A stretch of DNA of 64,000 nt from Nitrospirota bacterium (lineage in GTDB: Bacteria > Nitrospirota > JACRHJ01). Positions 1-11,287 of this stretch are shown in pieces. How positions within the stretch are numbered: the first letter of the stretch is position 1; every line of letters starts with the position of its first letter. The DNA is taken from NCBI GenBank assembly GCA_963733375.1, contig CAVTDB010000026.1, positions 256,001-320,000 of the forward strand, written 5' to 3'. The position numbers and the translations under genes were made by a program. The notes under the pieces were generated by a model, which was given only the letters and a program-made list of their open reading frames with translations, did not search any database and was not told where the DNA came from.

Positions 1-17
1 CGGAAAAGGGGCTTTAG
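1..17 (+). CDS. Probable 3' end of upstream gene (likely anthranilate synthase component I), partial
   Basis: Frame from nt 3 reads EKGL* directly upstream of trpG. The trpE identity is inferred from operon position only. Confidence 0.35.
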
Positions 18-65
18 GGCGCTATCCGGTAGAGAGTCCGTGAGGCGGCGAATAAGGGGTAACAT

Positions 66-641
66 ATGCTTTTGATGATCGACAACTACGACTCCTTCAC
101 GTATAACCTCGTCCAGTATTTCGGGGAACTGGGCGAGGAACTGAAGGTCTTCAGGAACGACAAGATAACGCTGGACGAGATAGCGGACCTTCAGCCGGAA
201 GGCATCGTCATATCACCCGGCCCGTGCACGCCGAAAGAGGCGGGCATCTCGGTGGACGCCATAAAGCGTTTCGCGGGGAAGATACCCATCCTGGGCGTAT
301 GCCTGGGGCATCAGTCCATAGGCGAGGCGTTCGGCGGAGACGTCGTCCGGGCAGCCAGGCTCATGCACGGCAAGACGTCCATGGTACGCCACGACGGCAG
401 GACGATATTCAAAGACATCGAAAACCCTTTCGAGGCCACGCGCTACCACTCCCTGATTGTAAAGCGCGAGACTCTGCCTGATTGCCTGGAGGTTTCGGCG
501 GAGACGGAGCAGGGCGAGATAATGGCGCTTCGGCATAAGGAATATTTCGTGGAGGGCGTCCAGTTCCACCCGGAATCCATCCTGACCCGCCCGGGCAAGG
601 ACATACTCAGAAACTTTCTGAGACTGATGAGGGCCAAGTGA
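66..641 (+). CDS. trpG: Anthranilate synthase component II (class I glutamine amidotransferase)
   Basis: IDNYDSF, SPGP, GVCLGHQ and QFHPES motifs; trp operon context. Confidence 0.93.
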   Translation: MLLMIDNYDSFTYNLVQYFGELGEELKVFRNDKITLDEIADLQPEGIVISPGPCTPKEAGISVDAIKRFAGKIPILGVCLGHQSIGEAFGGDVVRAARLMHGKTSMVRHDGRTIFKDIENPFEATRYHSLIVKRETLPDCLEVSAETEQGEIMALRHKEYFVEGVQFHPESILTRPGKDILRNFLRLMRAK

Positions 642-1685
642 TAAAAGAAGCCATATTAAAAGTCGTCGAGCGCCGGAACCTCTCCCAGGAGGAGATGGAG
701 GCGGCGATGCGCGAGATAATGGACGGCGAAGCCTCTCACGCGCTGATTGCCTCGTTCATCACCGCGCTTCAGGATGAAAGGCGAGACCATCGACGAGATA
801 ACCGGCGCGGCCCGCGTAATGCGCAGGAAGGCCACCCGGATACCTCTTAAATCCCGCCCCGTATCCATCGACTGCGACGATATCAACCTGGACGAGGAAA
901 CCATCCTCGACACCTGCGGCACCGGCGGGGACTCTACCGGCACGTTCAACATATCCACCACCTGCGCTTTTGTCGCGGCGGGCGCGGGGATAAAGGTGGC
1001 GAAGCACGGGAACCGCGCGGTATCGTCGTGCTGCGGCAGCGCGGATGTCTTAGGCGAGCTTGGCGTCAACCTCGAACTTTCGCCGGAAGAAGTCGGCAGG
1101 TGCGTGGATGAAATCGGCATAGGCTTTCTCTACGCGCCGCTTCTGCACTCGGCGATGAAATACGCCCTCATCCCCCGGCGCGAGATAGGCATCAGGACCA
1201 TGTTCAACCTCCTGGGCCCTCTCTCCAACCCGGCGGGCGCGAACGCCCAGGTGATGGGGGTCTATGAGGCCGACCTGACGGAAAAGCTGGCGCACGTGCT
1301 CTTGAACCTGGGCACGAAGCGGGCGATGGTGGTGCACGGGATGGACGGGCTGGACGAGATTACCGTCACGCGCGAGAGCAGGGTCTCCGAGGTGAAGGAC
1401 GCGGGCGTGCATACGTACATCCTCGACCCGCGCGATTACGGAATAGAACTTTCTTCAGCCGACGGCATACTGGGCGGAGACGCGGCGAGTAACGCGGCGA
1501 TTACGCTTTCGGTCTTAAAAGGCGAGAAAGGGCCGAGGCGCGATATCGTCCTTTTAAACGCAGGCGCGGCGATTTATGTCGGCGGCGCCGCATCGTCGCT
1601 TGCCGAAGGAATAACGAAAGCCTCCGAGTCGATAGATTCCGGGGCGGCGCTGAATAAATTACAGACTTTGATCGAGTTCGCGTGA
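638..1685 (+). CDS. trpD: Anthranilate phosphoribosyltransferase (frameshift near 770, probably assembly error)
   Basis: ORF 638-850 gives the N-terminus; ORF 747-1685 has [18 protein letters not shown] and GLDEI. Confidence 0.93.
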
Positions 1686-1754
1686 GTGGAGGGGAAGCCT
1701 GACGCAGTTTGTCAGGCACGAGTAGTAATGGGTAAAAAAGAAGGAGGTAATTCT

Positions 1755-1877
1755 ATGAGCAACACGAAAAATCAGGAAGCCGTAATACTGGAGCACTTGG
1801 AAAATCTCGACGATTTAAGATGCATCGAAGAGACGAAAAAGCAGGAACTTAATTCCGCGATATTGGCGAGTTTATAA
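1755..1877 (+). CDS. Small 40-aa hypothetical peptide MSNTKNQEAVILEHLENLDDLRCIEETKKQELNSAILASL
   Basis: Strong SD AAGGAGGT at 1741-1748 before ATG 1755; no recognisable family. Confidence 0.55.
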   Translation: MSNTKNQEAVILEHLENLDDLRCIEETKKQELNSAILASL

Positions 1878-2011
1878 GAGGCCCTGCGCGTAGAATTGTC
1901 ATTCGGGCGCAGCCTTGGGAACTTGGTTTGAATTTGCTTTAAAATCTTGCGGCGGGTCCCTCAGGCTTGCGCCCGCATGACTGAGCTGTTGCATTTCACT
2001 TTGAGGTGCAG

Positions 2012-2800
2012 GTGATTTTAGACAGGATAGTTGCGGACAAAATAGAAGAGCTTAAGGACGTTAAGTCCCGCCTGCCTCTGAGTGAAGTCAAGGCGATGCT
2101 GGCCGAAGGACGTCCCGTAATGGATTTCGCCGCCGCCTTGATCAACCCGGACGCGGTTTCGATAATAGCCGAAGTAAAGAAAGCCTCGCCTTCCAGGGGC
2201 CTCATCCGCCCGGACTTCGACCCCGTCACCATCGCCCGCGTGTATGAGGAGAACGGGGCGCGGGCAGTGTCCGTGTTAACTGAGAAAAAATATTTCAAGG
2301 GCGACATCGGCTATCTCAAATGGATATCGGGCAGCATAGGCATCCCGGTGCTCCGGAAGGATTTCATATTCGACGAGTACCAGGTATATGAAGCGCGCGC
2401 CAACGGCGCGGACGCCTTTTTACTCATCGCTTCCATCCTCGAGCGGGACCAAATGGAAGACCTCTACCTCCTGGGGAAAGAGCTTGGGATGGAGGCCTTG
2501 GCGGAGGCGCATGACGAGGACGACCTGGAAAAAATTCTGGACCTGACATTTAAAATAATCGGGATAAACAACCGCGACCTGAAGAGCTTCGAGGTTGACA
2601 TAAAGAATACGGAATACTTGATCGAAGAGATACCGATGGACCGGATCGTGGTGAGCGAGTCCGGGATTTCCACAAGGGACGATTTAAAGTTCCTGAAATC
2701 GGTCGGCGCGGACGCGGCCCTCATAGGCGAGGCGCTCATGCGCGAGGCGGATTTCGGCAAAAAACTGCGGGAACTGACCGGCCCGCAGTCGGCGCTTTAA
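2012..2800 (+). CDS. trpC: Indole-3-glycerol phosphate synthase
   Basis: IAEVKKASPSRG, LRKDF, GINNRDL and SESGI motifs; GTG 2012 preferred (SD GAGGTG upstream, MILDRI start). Confidence 0.95.
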   Translation: MILDRIVADKIEELKDVKSRLPLSEVKAMLAEGRPVMDFAAALINPDAVSIIAEVKKASPSRGLIRPDFDPVTIARVYEENGARAVSVLTEKKYFKGDIGYLKWISGSIGIPVLRKDFIFDEYQVYEARANGADAFLLIASILERDQMEDLYLLGKELGMEALAEAHDEDDLEKILDLTFKIIGINNRDLKSFEVDIKNTEYLIEEIPMDRIVVSESGISTRDDLKFLKSVGADAALIGEALMREADFGKKLRELTGPQSAL

Positions 2801-2816
2801 CCATAGCGGAGGATAA

Positions 2817-4169
2817 ATGAAAGAGACGAAAATTATCCTGACAGAGAAGGAGATGCCGAAGAAGTGGTATAACATCATGGCGGACATGCCCAACAGGCCG
2901 GCCCCGCCTCTCCACCCGGGCACGCATCAGCCCGTGGGGCCCGACGACCTCTCGGCGATTTTCCCCATGCCGTTAATCGAGCAGGAAGTCTCCACGGAGC
3001 GCTGGATAGATATACCGGAAGAGGTGATGGAGATATATTCCCTGTGGCGGCCGTCCCCGCTTTACCGCGCCCACAGGCTGGAAAAGGCGCTGAAGACCCC
3101 CGCGAAAATTTATTATAAGCACGAGGGGTTAAACCCTACCGGAAGCCATAAGCCGAACACCGCCGTCCCGCAGGCGTATTATAACAAGCAGGCGGGCATG
3201 AAGCGCATTGCAACCGAGACCGGGGCGGGGCAGTGGGGGAGCGCGATGTGCTTCTCCGGCGCGTTTTTCGGCCTGGACGTGACGGTCTATATGGTGAAGG
3301 TCAGCTATAAGCAGAAGCCGTACAGGCGGATAGCGATGGAGACCTGGGGCGGCAAGGTTTTCGCGTCTCCCAGCAACCACACGAACGCCGGACGGCAGGC
3401 GCTCGCCGCCGACCACGAAAATCCCGGGAGCCTGGGGCTGGCCATAAGCGAAGCGGTGGAGGACGCCGCGACTCACGGCGACACGAATTACGCGCTTGGC
3501 TCCGTGTTGAACCACGTCTGCCTGCACCAGACGATAATCGGCCTGGAGGCGCAGGAGCAGTTCAAGAAGGCGGGCGATTACCCGGACGTGATACTCGCCG
3601 CATGCGGCGGCGGGAGCAACCTCTCGGGCGTATCCTTCCCGTTTATGCGGGACAAGATTAACGGAAAAGACCTGCGCGTCGTCGCGGTGGAGCCCGCGTC
3701 CTGCCCTACCTTGACGAAAGGCGAATTCCGCTACGACTTTGGCGACACCGCCCAGATGACGCCGCTCATGATGATGTATACCCTGGGTCATAATTTTATT
3801 CCGCCGGGGGACCATGCGGGCGGCCTCCGCTACCATGCGGATTCGCCGATAATCTGCCAGCTTTACAAAGACGGGCTGATAGACGCCATATCGTACCATC
3901 AGACCGAGATATTCGAGGCGGCGTTGACTTTCGCCAGGACCGAAGGGATAATCCCGGCGCCGGAGTCCTCGCACGCGATAAAAGGCGCGATAGACGAGGC
4001 GATAAAGGCGCGTGAAGAGGGGAAGGAGAAGACGATTTTCTTCAACCTCTCAGGCCACGGCATCTTCGACCTCGCGGCTTATGACGAGTACAACTCCGGA
4101 AAAATGAAGGACACGGAGTTCGACGTGGACAAGATGAAGCAGGCACTCGCTGAGCTGCCGGTAATATAA
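2817..4169 (+). CDS. trpB2: TrpB2-type PLP-dependent tryptophan synthase beta chain
   Basis: [29 protein letters not shown] and PAPES; 450 aa with the TrpB2-type N-terminal extension. Confidence 0.92.
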   Translation: MKETKIILTEKEMPKKWYNIMADMPNRPAPPLHPGTHQPVGPDDLSAIFPMPLIEQEVSTERWIDIPEEVMEIYSLWRPSPLYRAHRLEKALKTPAKIYYKHEGLNPTGSHKPNTAVPQAYYNKQAGMKRIATETGAGQWGSAMCFSGAFFGLDVTVYMVKVSYKQKPYRRIAMETWGGKVFASPSNHTNAGRQALAADHENPGSLGLAISEAVEDAATHGDTNYALGSVLNHVCLHQTIIGLEAQEQFKKAGDYPDVILAACGGGSNLSGVSFPFMRDKINGKDLRVVAVEPASCPTLTKGEFRYDFGDTAQMTPLMMMYTLGHNFIPPGDHAGGLRYHADSPIICQLYKDGLIDAISYHQTEIFEAALTFARTEGIIPAPESSHAIKGAIDEAIKAREEGKEKTIFFNLSGHGIFDLAAYDEYNSGKMKDTEFDVDKMKQALAELPVI

Positions 4170-4788
4170 TGACTAAAGTAAAAATATGCGGCATCACGAA
4201 CCTTGAAGACGCGATGTTCGCCGCCGAGTGCGGGGCGGACGCGCTGGGGTTCGTTTTCTTCAACGAAAGTCCGAGGTACATAGACCCTGCCAAGGCCGGA
4301 GAGATAATAGCCGCCCTGCCGCCGTTTATTTCCACCGTCGGCGTCTTTGCCGATGCGGAAGAGAACTTCGTGAAGCATGCCGTCAATGAAAGCGGCGTGG
4401 GGATTTTACAGTTCCACGGCTCCGAAGGCCCGGATTACTGCTCTTCCTTCGGGATGCCGTATCTCAAGGCTTTCAAAATCCGGGGGATGGAGAGCCTGGA
4501 CGCGCTGAAGGATTATCCGGACGCGGCGGCGTTCCTGCTGGATACGTACTCCGAGAAGGAGATGGGCGGTACGGGCGTCGCCTTCAATTGGGACATAGCC
4601 GTAGCCGCGAGACCGTTCGGCAGGATAATACTCGCCGGCGGGCTCGACGCCGGAGAATGTCGCCGAGGCCGTCCGGAAAGTGGGGCCGTACGCGGTGGAC
4701 GTGTCATCAGGCGTCGAGGCCGAGCAAGGGGAAGAAGGACCCGGAGGCAGTCCGGAAATTTATATTGGCGGCAAGGGCCGCATCATAA
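4169..4788 (+). CDS. trpF: Phosphoribosylanthranilate isomerase (frameshifted near 4655-4720)
   Basis: KVKICGIT, QFHG, GGTG and ILAGGL; C-terminus KGKKDPEAVRKFI lies in another frame ending at 4788. Confidence 0.9.
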
Positions 4789-4793
4789 CGCTA

Positions 4794-4828
4794 CCCCTGC
4801 ACCCCCTCTTATCTTAAGAGGGGGAATT
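4794..4828. repeat. G/C-rich palindromic intergenic element
   Basis: CCCCCTCTTA-TCT-TAAGAGGGGG hairpin preceded by a C-rich tract; related degenerate copy CCCCTCTTATCTAGGGG near 48517-48533. Confidence 0.6.
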
Positions 4829-4866
4829 AGGAGTACGAATTTATTTTTAGAAAGAAGGTCGTTAAA

Positions 4867-6052
4867 ATGCTGCCAGATAAAAGCGGGCACTTCGGGCCAT
4901 ACGGCGGTAGGTACGTGCCGGAGACGCTTATGCCCGCACTGTTAGAGCTGGAAAAAGAATACAACAAGGCGAAGAAAGACCCGGCTTTCAAGCGGGAACT
5001 GGATTACTACCTCGCCAATTACGTCGGAAGGCCCACGCCCCTTTTTTATTGCGAGCGCCTCACGAAAAAGCTCGGCGGGGCGAAGATATACCTGAAGCGC
5101 GAAGACTTAGCTCATACCGGGGCGCACAAGATAAACAACGCGCTCGGCCAGGCGCTCCTCGCCGTACGCATCGGGAAGAAGCGCGTGATCGCGGAGACCG
5201 GCGCGGGACAGCATGGAGTGGCGACCGCTACGGCGGCGGCGCTTCTGGGCCTTAAGTGCGAAGTATACATGGGCACGGAGGACGTGCGGCGCCAGGCGTT
5301 GAACGTATTCCGGATGAAGCTTTTGGGGGCGGAGGTCGTACCTGTGGACCTGGGCAGCAAGACGCTCAAGGACGCTATCTCCGAGGCGCTCCGGGACTGG
5401 ACGACAAACGTCCGCACCACGCATTACATAATGGGCACGGTATTCGGCCCGCACCCGTACCCGGTAATGGTGCGTGATTTTCAGTCCGTCATCGGGAAAG
5501 AGGCCAGAGCGCCAGATATTGAAGGCCGAGGGGAAACTGCCGGACGTGCTTATCGCCTGCGTAGGCGGCGGGAGCAACGCGATGGGGCTTTTCTTCCGCT
5601 TCCTGAAAGACGATATTAAAATGGTCGGCGTCGAGGCGGGCGGCAAAGGCATCAAATCCGGAAAACACGCCGCCCGGTACGCGGGCGGCTCGCTTGGCGT
5701 CCTCCAGGGGACGAAGAGCTGGCTTCTGCAGGACGACGAAGGCCAGATACTGGAGACGCATTCGGTATCCGCGGGGCTGGACTACGCATCCGTAGGCCCG
5801 GAGCACAGCTTCTACCGCGACAAGGGCAGGATTGAATATACCTACGCCACGGACGACGAGGCCCTGGCCGCCTTCGACCTGCTCTCGCAGACGGAAGGGA
5901 TAATACCGGCGCTGGAGTCCTCTCACGCGGTTGCGGAGGCGGTGAAGCGCGCGCCGAAGATGAAGAAGAGCCAGGTCATAATCGTGAACCTGTCCGGCCG
6001 TGGCGACAAGGACGTGAACCAGGTCGCGGAGATGAGGGGGGTCAGTCTGTAA
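4867..6052 (+). CDS. trpB: Tryptophan synthase beta chain TrpB1 (frameshift near 5505)
   Basis: [41 protein letters not shown] and NLSGRGDKD across two ORFs. Confidence 0.94.
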
Positions 6053-6859
6053 TGTCCCGCATAGAAAATAAGCTTACCGAACTGAAAGAAAAAAAACAGG
6101 CCGCGTTCATCCCGTACGTCATGGCGGGGGACCCGGACCTTCAGACGACGGCCCGGATAGTCCTGGAACTGGAGAAATCCGGCGCGGACATGGTCGAGCT
6201 TGGCGTCCCTTTCTCCGACCCGCTCGCGGACGGCCCGACGATTCAGCGCGCGGCGATACGCGCGCTCAAGCAGAAAGCGAATTTAAGAAAAATATTCGCG
6301 CTGGTAAAGGAACTCCGGAAATCCTCCGGGGTCCCGATCATCCTGATGCTGTATTATAACCTCGTGCATAAATACGGCGAGGAAAAATTCGCGGAGGACT
6401 GCTAAAAGGGCGGGCGTGGACGGGTTCATCGTGCCGGACCTGCCGCCGGAAGAAGCCTCGACACTATCGGCACATTGCGGGAGCCGGGGGCTGGACCTCA
6501 TATTCCTTCTCGCGCCGACGTCGGACGACGACAGGATAAACATGGTAGCCGGAAGCGGCGGCGGGTTCATATATTACGTCTCGCTCACCGGCGTGACCGG
6601 GGCCCGCGCAAGCATGTCAACGGGCATCGATAAAGCCGTCAGGAAGATTAAGCGGATGAGCAAAAAACCCGTCTGCGTGGGCTTCGGCATCTCGAACCCG
6701 GAGCAGGCGGGCGAGATGGCTAAAATTGCCGACGGCGTAATTGTCGGCAGCGCCATAGTGGGAAAAATAGAGAAGGCCTCAAGCCCCGAAGAAGCGGTGA
6801 GGGAGGCCGGGAAGTTCGCGCGGGAGTTGAAGGCGGGGATTATAAAAGCGGGACGCTGA
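6052..6859 (+). CDS. trpA: Tryptophan synthase alpha chain (frameshift near 6400)
   Basis: ELGVPFSDPLADGPTIQ, VPDLP, VSLTGVTG, GFGIS and DGVIVGSA. Confidence 0.94.
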
Positions 6860-6882
6860 CCCTCGAAGGCCTGGACAAAAAA

Positions 6883-7511
6883 TTACTCGAAATACGGGTT
6901 CTGCTTCTTCTCAAAGCCTATCGTCGTATCGTCGCCGTGTCCGGGATAAACCTTCGTATCGTCCGGGAGATGGCCTAGCTTGTCTTTCAGCGAATGGATG
7001 ATGGTGTTGTAGTCCCCGCCGGGAAGGTCCGTCCTGCCTATCGAGCCCCAGAAGAGCGTGTCGCCGGTGAAGACGACGCTGTGCTTTTTTTACGTACAGG
7101 CTGATGCCTCCGGGCGTATGCCCCGGCGTCTCGATGACCTCCATCTCTACGTCCCCGATTTTTATCTTGTCCCCGCCCTTTAAGAAGAATGTCCGGCCTC
7201 GGAGGCTCTTCCACATGCATCCCGAAAATCGCGGCCTGAACGGAAATATTTTTCAGAAGGGGCGCGTCCTTCTCGTGCACCATGACCTCTGCGCGGGTCT
7301 TCTCGAAGAGTTCCTTTGCCGCGCCCGCGTGGTCGAAATGCGCGTGGGTCAAAATTATATATTTCAGCTTCAGGCCCCGCCGGTGCAGGACGGCGTTTAT
7401 TTTTTCCGCGTCGTCGCCCGGGTCTATCACCGCGGCCTCGTGAGTCGCCTCGGAGCCGACGATATAACAATTTACCGCGAGCGCGCCCACCGCGATAGTT
7501 TCAAGGATCAT
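6883..7511 (-). CDS. MBL-fold metallo-hydrolase, glyoxalase II/YcbL-like (two frameshifts)
   Basis: THAHFDH, TPGHTPG and PGHG...NPYFE* spread over three frames. Confidence 0.88.
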
Positions 7512-9076
7512 TTATTGAGCACCTTTCGCCTTAACATGTTGATTATGAATGACAACTCTTCGCTTTTAAGAAAATAGAGTATGAGGCAATAGACGGCAAG
7601 GCCGGCGGCGATTGCCGCGCCGACTATCGCGCCCTTCCTGACGGTATGGCCGCTTAGCGCCCATAAATCGCCCCGGCCTATATAATAACATACGACGCCC
7701 ATCACGGCGGCGGCCAGGACTATTTTTACAGCCGATATAAAAATCTTTTTCGCCCCTATCCGTCCCATCCTTCTCCTGAAAAGGAACAGGAGCAGCGACA
7801 TGTTTACCATTGAAGCGATCGCGGTGGCGAGCGCCAGGCCGCCGTGTTTCAGCGGGCCCATCAAGAGAAGGCTTAACGTCGCGTTGACCGTTACCGCGAG
7901 GAACGCCCCCATTACCGGCGTCCTGGTATCGTGCAGCGAATAAAAGGCGGCGTTTATAACCCTGACCCAGGAGTAAGCCCAAAGGCCCAGGCTATAGAAT
8001 TGGAGCGCGTAGGCGGTATTTACGGTAGACGAATAAGTGAACGTGCCCCTTTGAAAAAGAAGGCTGGTAATCGGGACGCTCAGTACGATGAGGCCGACCA
8101 TCGAAGGGACCATAATGAACAGGATGTATCGAAGCCCGAAAGAAAGCGTTTCTTTCAGGCCGTCATAATCACCCACTGCGGCCTGGCGCGACATGCTGGG
8201 CAGGACCGCCGTGGTAATTGAAACCCCGAAAATTCCGTGCGGGAACTGGAACAGGGTCGTTGCGTAAAATAGATATGAGACGCTGCCCTCGGGCAGGTAA
8301 GTCGCGATCAGGCTGCTGATGAACATGTTTATCTGGGTAGAGGCCTGGCTGCCGATGACCGGAATCGTGAGGCGTCCGACCTTCTTGACGCCTGGGTCGC
8401 GCGGCCTCATCATGAAGAGAAAACCCATCCCTTTTTTCTTGAGCGGCGGGAGCTGGATGAGCAGCTGCAAGAGCCCGCCGAACACCACGCCCAGCGCCAG
8501 TCCGACTATAGGCGTCTGCATATGAGGGGATACATAGAGCGCAAACCCGATCATCGAGAGGTTCAGCATCACCGGAGAGAGCGCGGGCACGGTAAAGGAG
8601 CCAAGGGAGTTAAGCATGCCCATCGTGACCGCGGCGAGGCCGATGAACATGACATACGGGAACATTATCCTGGTGAGCTTTACGGTCAGCGCGAACTTTT
8701 CGGGATATCTGGCATAGCCATGCGCGATGGCGTTTACGATCGCCGGTGAAAAGATTATGCCAAGCGTTACCACTCCCGTGCAGATGAAAAGCAGGATATA
8801 GAAGATGGAGCTTGCCAGTTCCCTGGCTTCCTCTTTTGATTTAGTATGGAAGTATTCCGTGAAGACCGGGATAAAGGCCGCGGACATCGATCCTTCCGCC
8901 AGCACTTCGCGGAGGATATTGCTTATCCTGAAGGCCTGGAAAAAGGCGTCTGCCACCATCCCCGCGCCGAATATCCTGGCGATTACCATGACCCGGATGA
9001 AACCAAGAACACGCGAGACGGCCGTCACGAGGCTTATCGACCAGGCGGCGCGGGTGACGCTTGCCTGTTCGCTCAT
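7508..9076 (-). CDS. murJ: Lipid II flippase
   Basis: SRVLGFIR, AEGSMSAAFIP and DTRTP; highly hydrophobic; near rpsT. Confidence 0.95.
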   Translation of the reverse strand: MSEQASVTRAAWSISLVTAVSRVLGFIRVMVIARIFGAGMVADAFFQAFRISNILREVLAEGSMSAAFIPVFTEYFHTKSKEEARELASSIFYILLFICTGVVTLGIIFSPAIVNAIAHGYARYPEKFALTVKLTRIMFPYVMFIGLAAVTMGMLNSLGSFTVPALSPVMLNLSMIGFALYVSPHMQTPIVGLALGVVFGGLLQLLIQLPPLKKKGMGFLFMMRPRDPGVKKVGRLTIPVIGSQASTQINMFISSLIATYLPEGSVSYLFYATTLFQFPHGIFGVSITTAVLPSMSRQAAVGDYDGLKETLSFGLRYILFIMVPSMVGLIVLSVPITSLLFQRGTFTYSSTVNTAYALQFYSLGLWAYSWVRVINAAFYSLHDTRTPVMGAFLAVTVNATLSLLLMGPLKHGGLALATAIASMVNMSLLLFLFRRRMGRIGAKKIFISAVKIVLAAAVMGVVCYYIGRGDLWALSGHTVRKGAIVGAAIAAGLAVYCLILYFLKSEELSFIINMLRRKVLNK

Positions 9077-10939
9077 GAGGCGGGGCCGCTTAACCGGGTC
9101 ATTGCCGGAAGGCGGACGGTGAAGGTGGTGCCTTCACCCACGCGGCTCGTCAGTGAGATGCTTCCGCCGTGCGCTTCGGTAACGGCCTTGGCGATATAGA
9201 GGCCAAGGCCCATGCCCTCTATTTTTCCCGTTGCGCTGGAGCGGCGGAATTTCTGGAACATCGTATCGACATCTTGTTCCGGTATCCCTTTGCCGGTATC
9301 GGAGATGGCTATCTCGACCCCATCCTCCACGGCCTTTGTCGAGACCGTAACCGACGACCCGGAGGGAATAAACTTAAGCGCGTTGCCCAGAATATTTCCT
9401 ATCACCCGGTCGAGCTGCACCTTGTCCGCCATGATGCGCGGGAGGCCGGTCCCTTTCAGGAAAGAGATCTTTACGTTCTTCCTCTCCGCCTGGGGGATGA
9501 AGAAAGTCATGGAATCCTCGATAAGTTCATTTACGCTGACAGGCTGGACGTTAAGCTTCAGCTTTCCGGCGTCGATTGCGGACGAGACCAGGTAGTTATC
9601 GACGAGGGTCAAAATCTTTTTGCCGCTCGCGTACACGCTGGTCATGGCCTTATGCAGCTCGTCTTCCCCCTTAAGGGCGCCGTCGCCGATCATTTCCGCA
9701 TACGTCAGGATGGTGGAAAGCGGCGACTTTATATCATGCGTTATCATGGCGTTAAAATCCGCTTTTTCCTTCTCCAGCCGGACGAGTTCATCGTTCGTCC
9801 TTTCGAGTTGGTAATTGGCGTCTTTTAAATAGTCGTTGTACTCGTTTATTTTCACGTCCCTTTCCTGGAGGGCATTCGCCATGCTGTTGAACGAGTTCGC
9901 CAGTTCTCCTATCTCGTCCTCGTGTTTATGGGGGATCCTCAAGCCGAAATCCCCTGCTCCTATTTTGGCCGCGCCGTCCCTCAACTCGTTGACAGGTTTT
10001 ACTATATACCCGGCAAGATATCTGGAAATTACGAACGCGCCGAAAGCCGTAATGATGAAAAGCACGAAATATATCTTGAGCAGGCGGTTCATCGGTTCCT
10101 GCAGTTCCGAATAATTTTCATTGACTCCCACGGACCAGCCATGCCCCTTGTAGTCCCCGAAGCCCTTGAGCGGCGCGAAACCGACTACTTTCCTGGCGCC
10201 TCTCCTGGATGTATAATAAGCCGTGCCCCTCTTCCCGCTAATCATTTCATGGACCATCTTCTTCATATCCGGAGGCATGGGCGGGCTACGGACGAAGGAT
10301 TTCGTCCCCGGGGTGATCGATAGGGAGGCCATCTTTGTTCAGGAGGAAGGCATAACCGGTACGCCCGGAAGCCTTGTTCTCCTTCGCGACCGCATCCAGA
10401 ATTTCCCAGATATTTTCCAGTTTCAGGTTTGCCGTGATGATGCTGACAAGCCTTCCTTGCTTATCATAAACGGGGGCCGCGAAAGACATGGTAGGCTTGT
10501 CGGTCAAGGGGGATATATACATGTCCGATGACGTGACCTGGCCGTTCAAGGCCGGGAGGAACCAGGAGTTACTGTAGCTTTTCCCGCCGGGTTTTCTTAT
10601 GTCCTCGACGTTTATAACGCTTATATGGTCGTAATAAGGATATATCCTCAGGTATTCGGAAAGTACTGCATTCTGGCTGCTTGTGGTGGTCTTCAGTCCG
10701 TGGAGCGAGTAATGCAGCGCGATCGCGCGGGTATCTTCGTACTTATTCGCAAGGTAGCGGTCCACCTTGTCCGCAAGCTCCGAAGCCATAATGGAAAGGC
10801 TGTTTTCGGTCTGGCGCCTAAGCGCATCTTTCTTCGAGTGGTAGGAGACGAACCCCAGCAGCAGGATGACCGAGAGGTCCATCACGAAGAATATCAGGAA
10901 AAGCTTGGTCTTAAGGCTCATTCGTACTGTGACTGGCAT
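9073..10939 (-). CDS. Membrane sensor histidine kinase (TM-Cache-TM-HAMP-HisKA-HATPase), frameshift near 10330
   Basis: HAMP motif DEIGELANSFNSM, H-box THDIKSPLS, NALKF, DTGKGI and GMGLGL. Confidence 0.88.
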
Positions 10940-10949
10940 AAATTAATCC

Positions 10950-10978
10950 TTGACTTGGAATGCGCGTTGTGTTAAATA
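10950..10978 (+). promoter_or_regulatory. Sigma70-type promoter of rpsT
   Basis: TTGACT-17 nt-TAAATA with TG extension. Confidence 0.55.
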
Positions 10979-11014
10979 TTTTAACTTCGTTTAAAAACAC
11001 CAAGGAGGTCGGAT

Positions 11015-11287
11015 TTGGCAAACCATAAGTCAGCGCTTAAAAGGAACAAACAGTCTCTCGTCCGGAGGGAGAGGAACCGCAAGGCGAAATCGGCGCTCAG
11101 AACGATCGTAAAGAGCTTTAATACGACCGTGGCGAAGGACCCGGAGGCCGCGAAGGAGTTATTGGCTTCGGCCGTCCCGGCCATAGCGAAGGCCGCTTCA
11201 AAAGGCATAATCCACAAAAACGCCGCGTCCCGCAAAATTTCACGCCTCTCTAAAAAGCTTCACAAATCTGCCACTCAGGGGGCTTAA
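11015..11287 (+). CDS. rpsT: 30S ribosomal protein S20
   Basis: ANHKSALKR...KGIIHKNAASRKISRL; TTG start with AGGAGG SD. Confidence 0.97.
   Translation: MANHKSALKRNKQSLVRRERNRKAKSALRTIVKSFNTTVAKDPEAAKELLASAVPAIAKAASKGIIHKNAASRKISRLSKKLHKSATQGA

Noticed and set aside
1755-1877. TrpL attenuator leader peptide
   Set aside because: No Trp codons, internal operon position and no downstream terminator with a U-tract.
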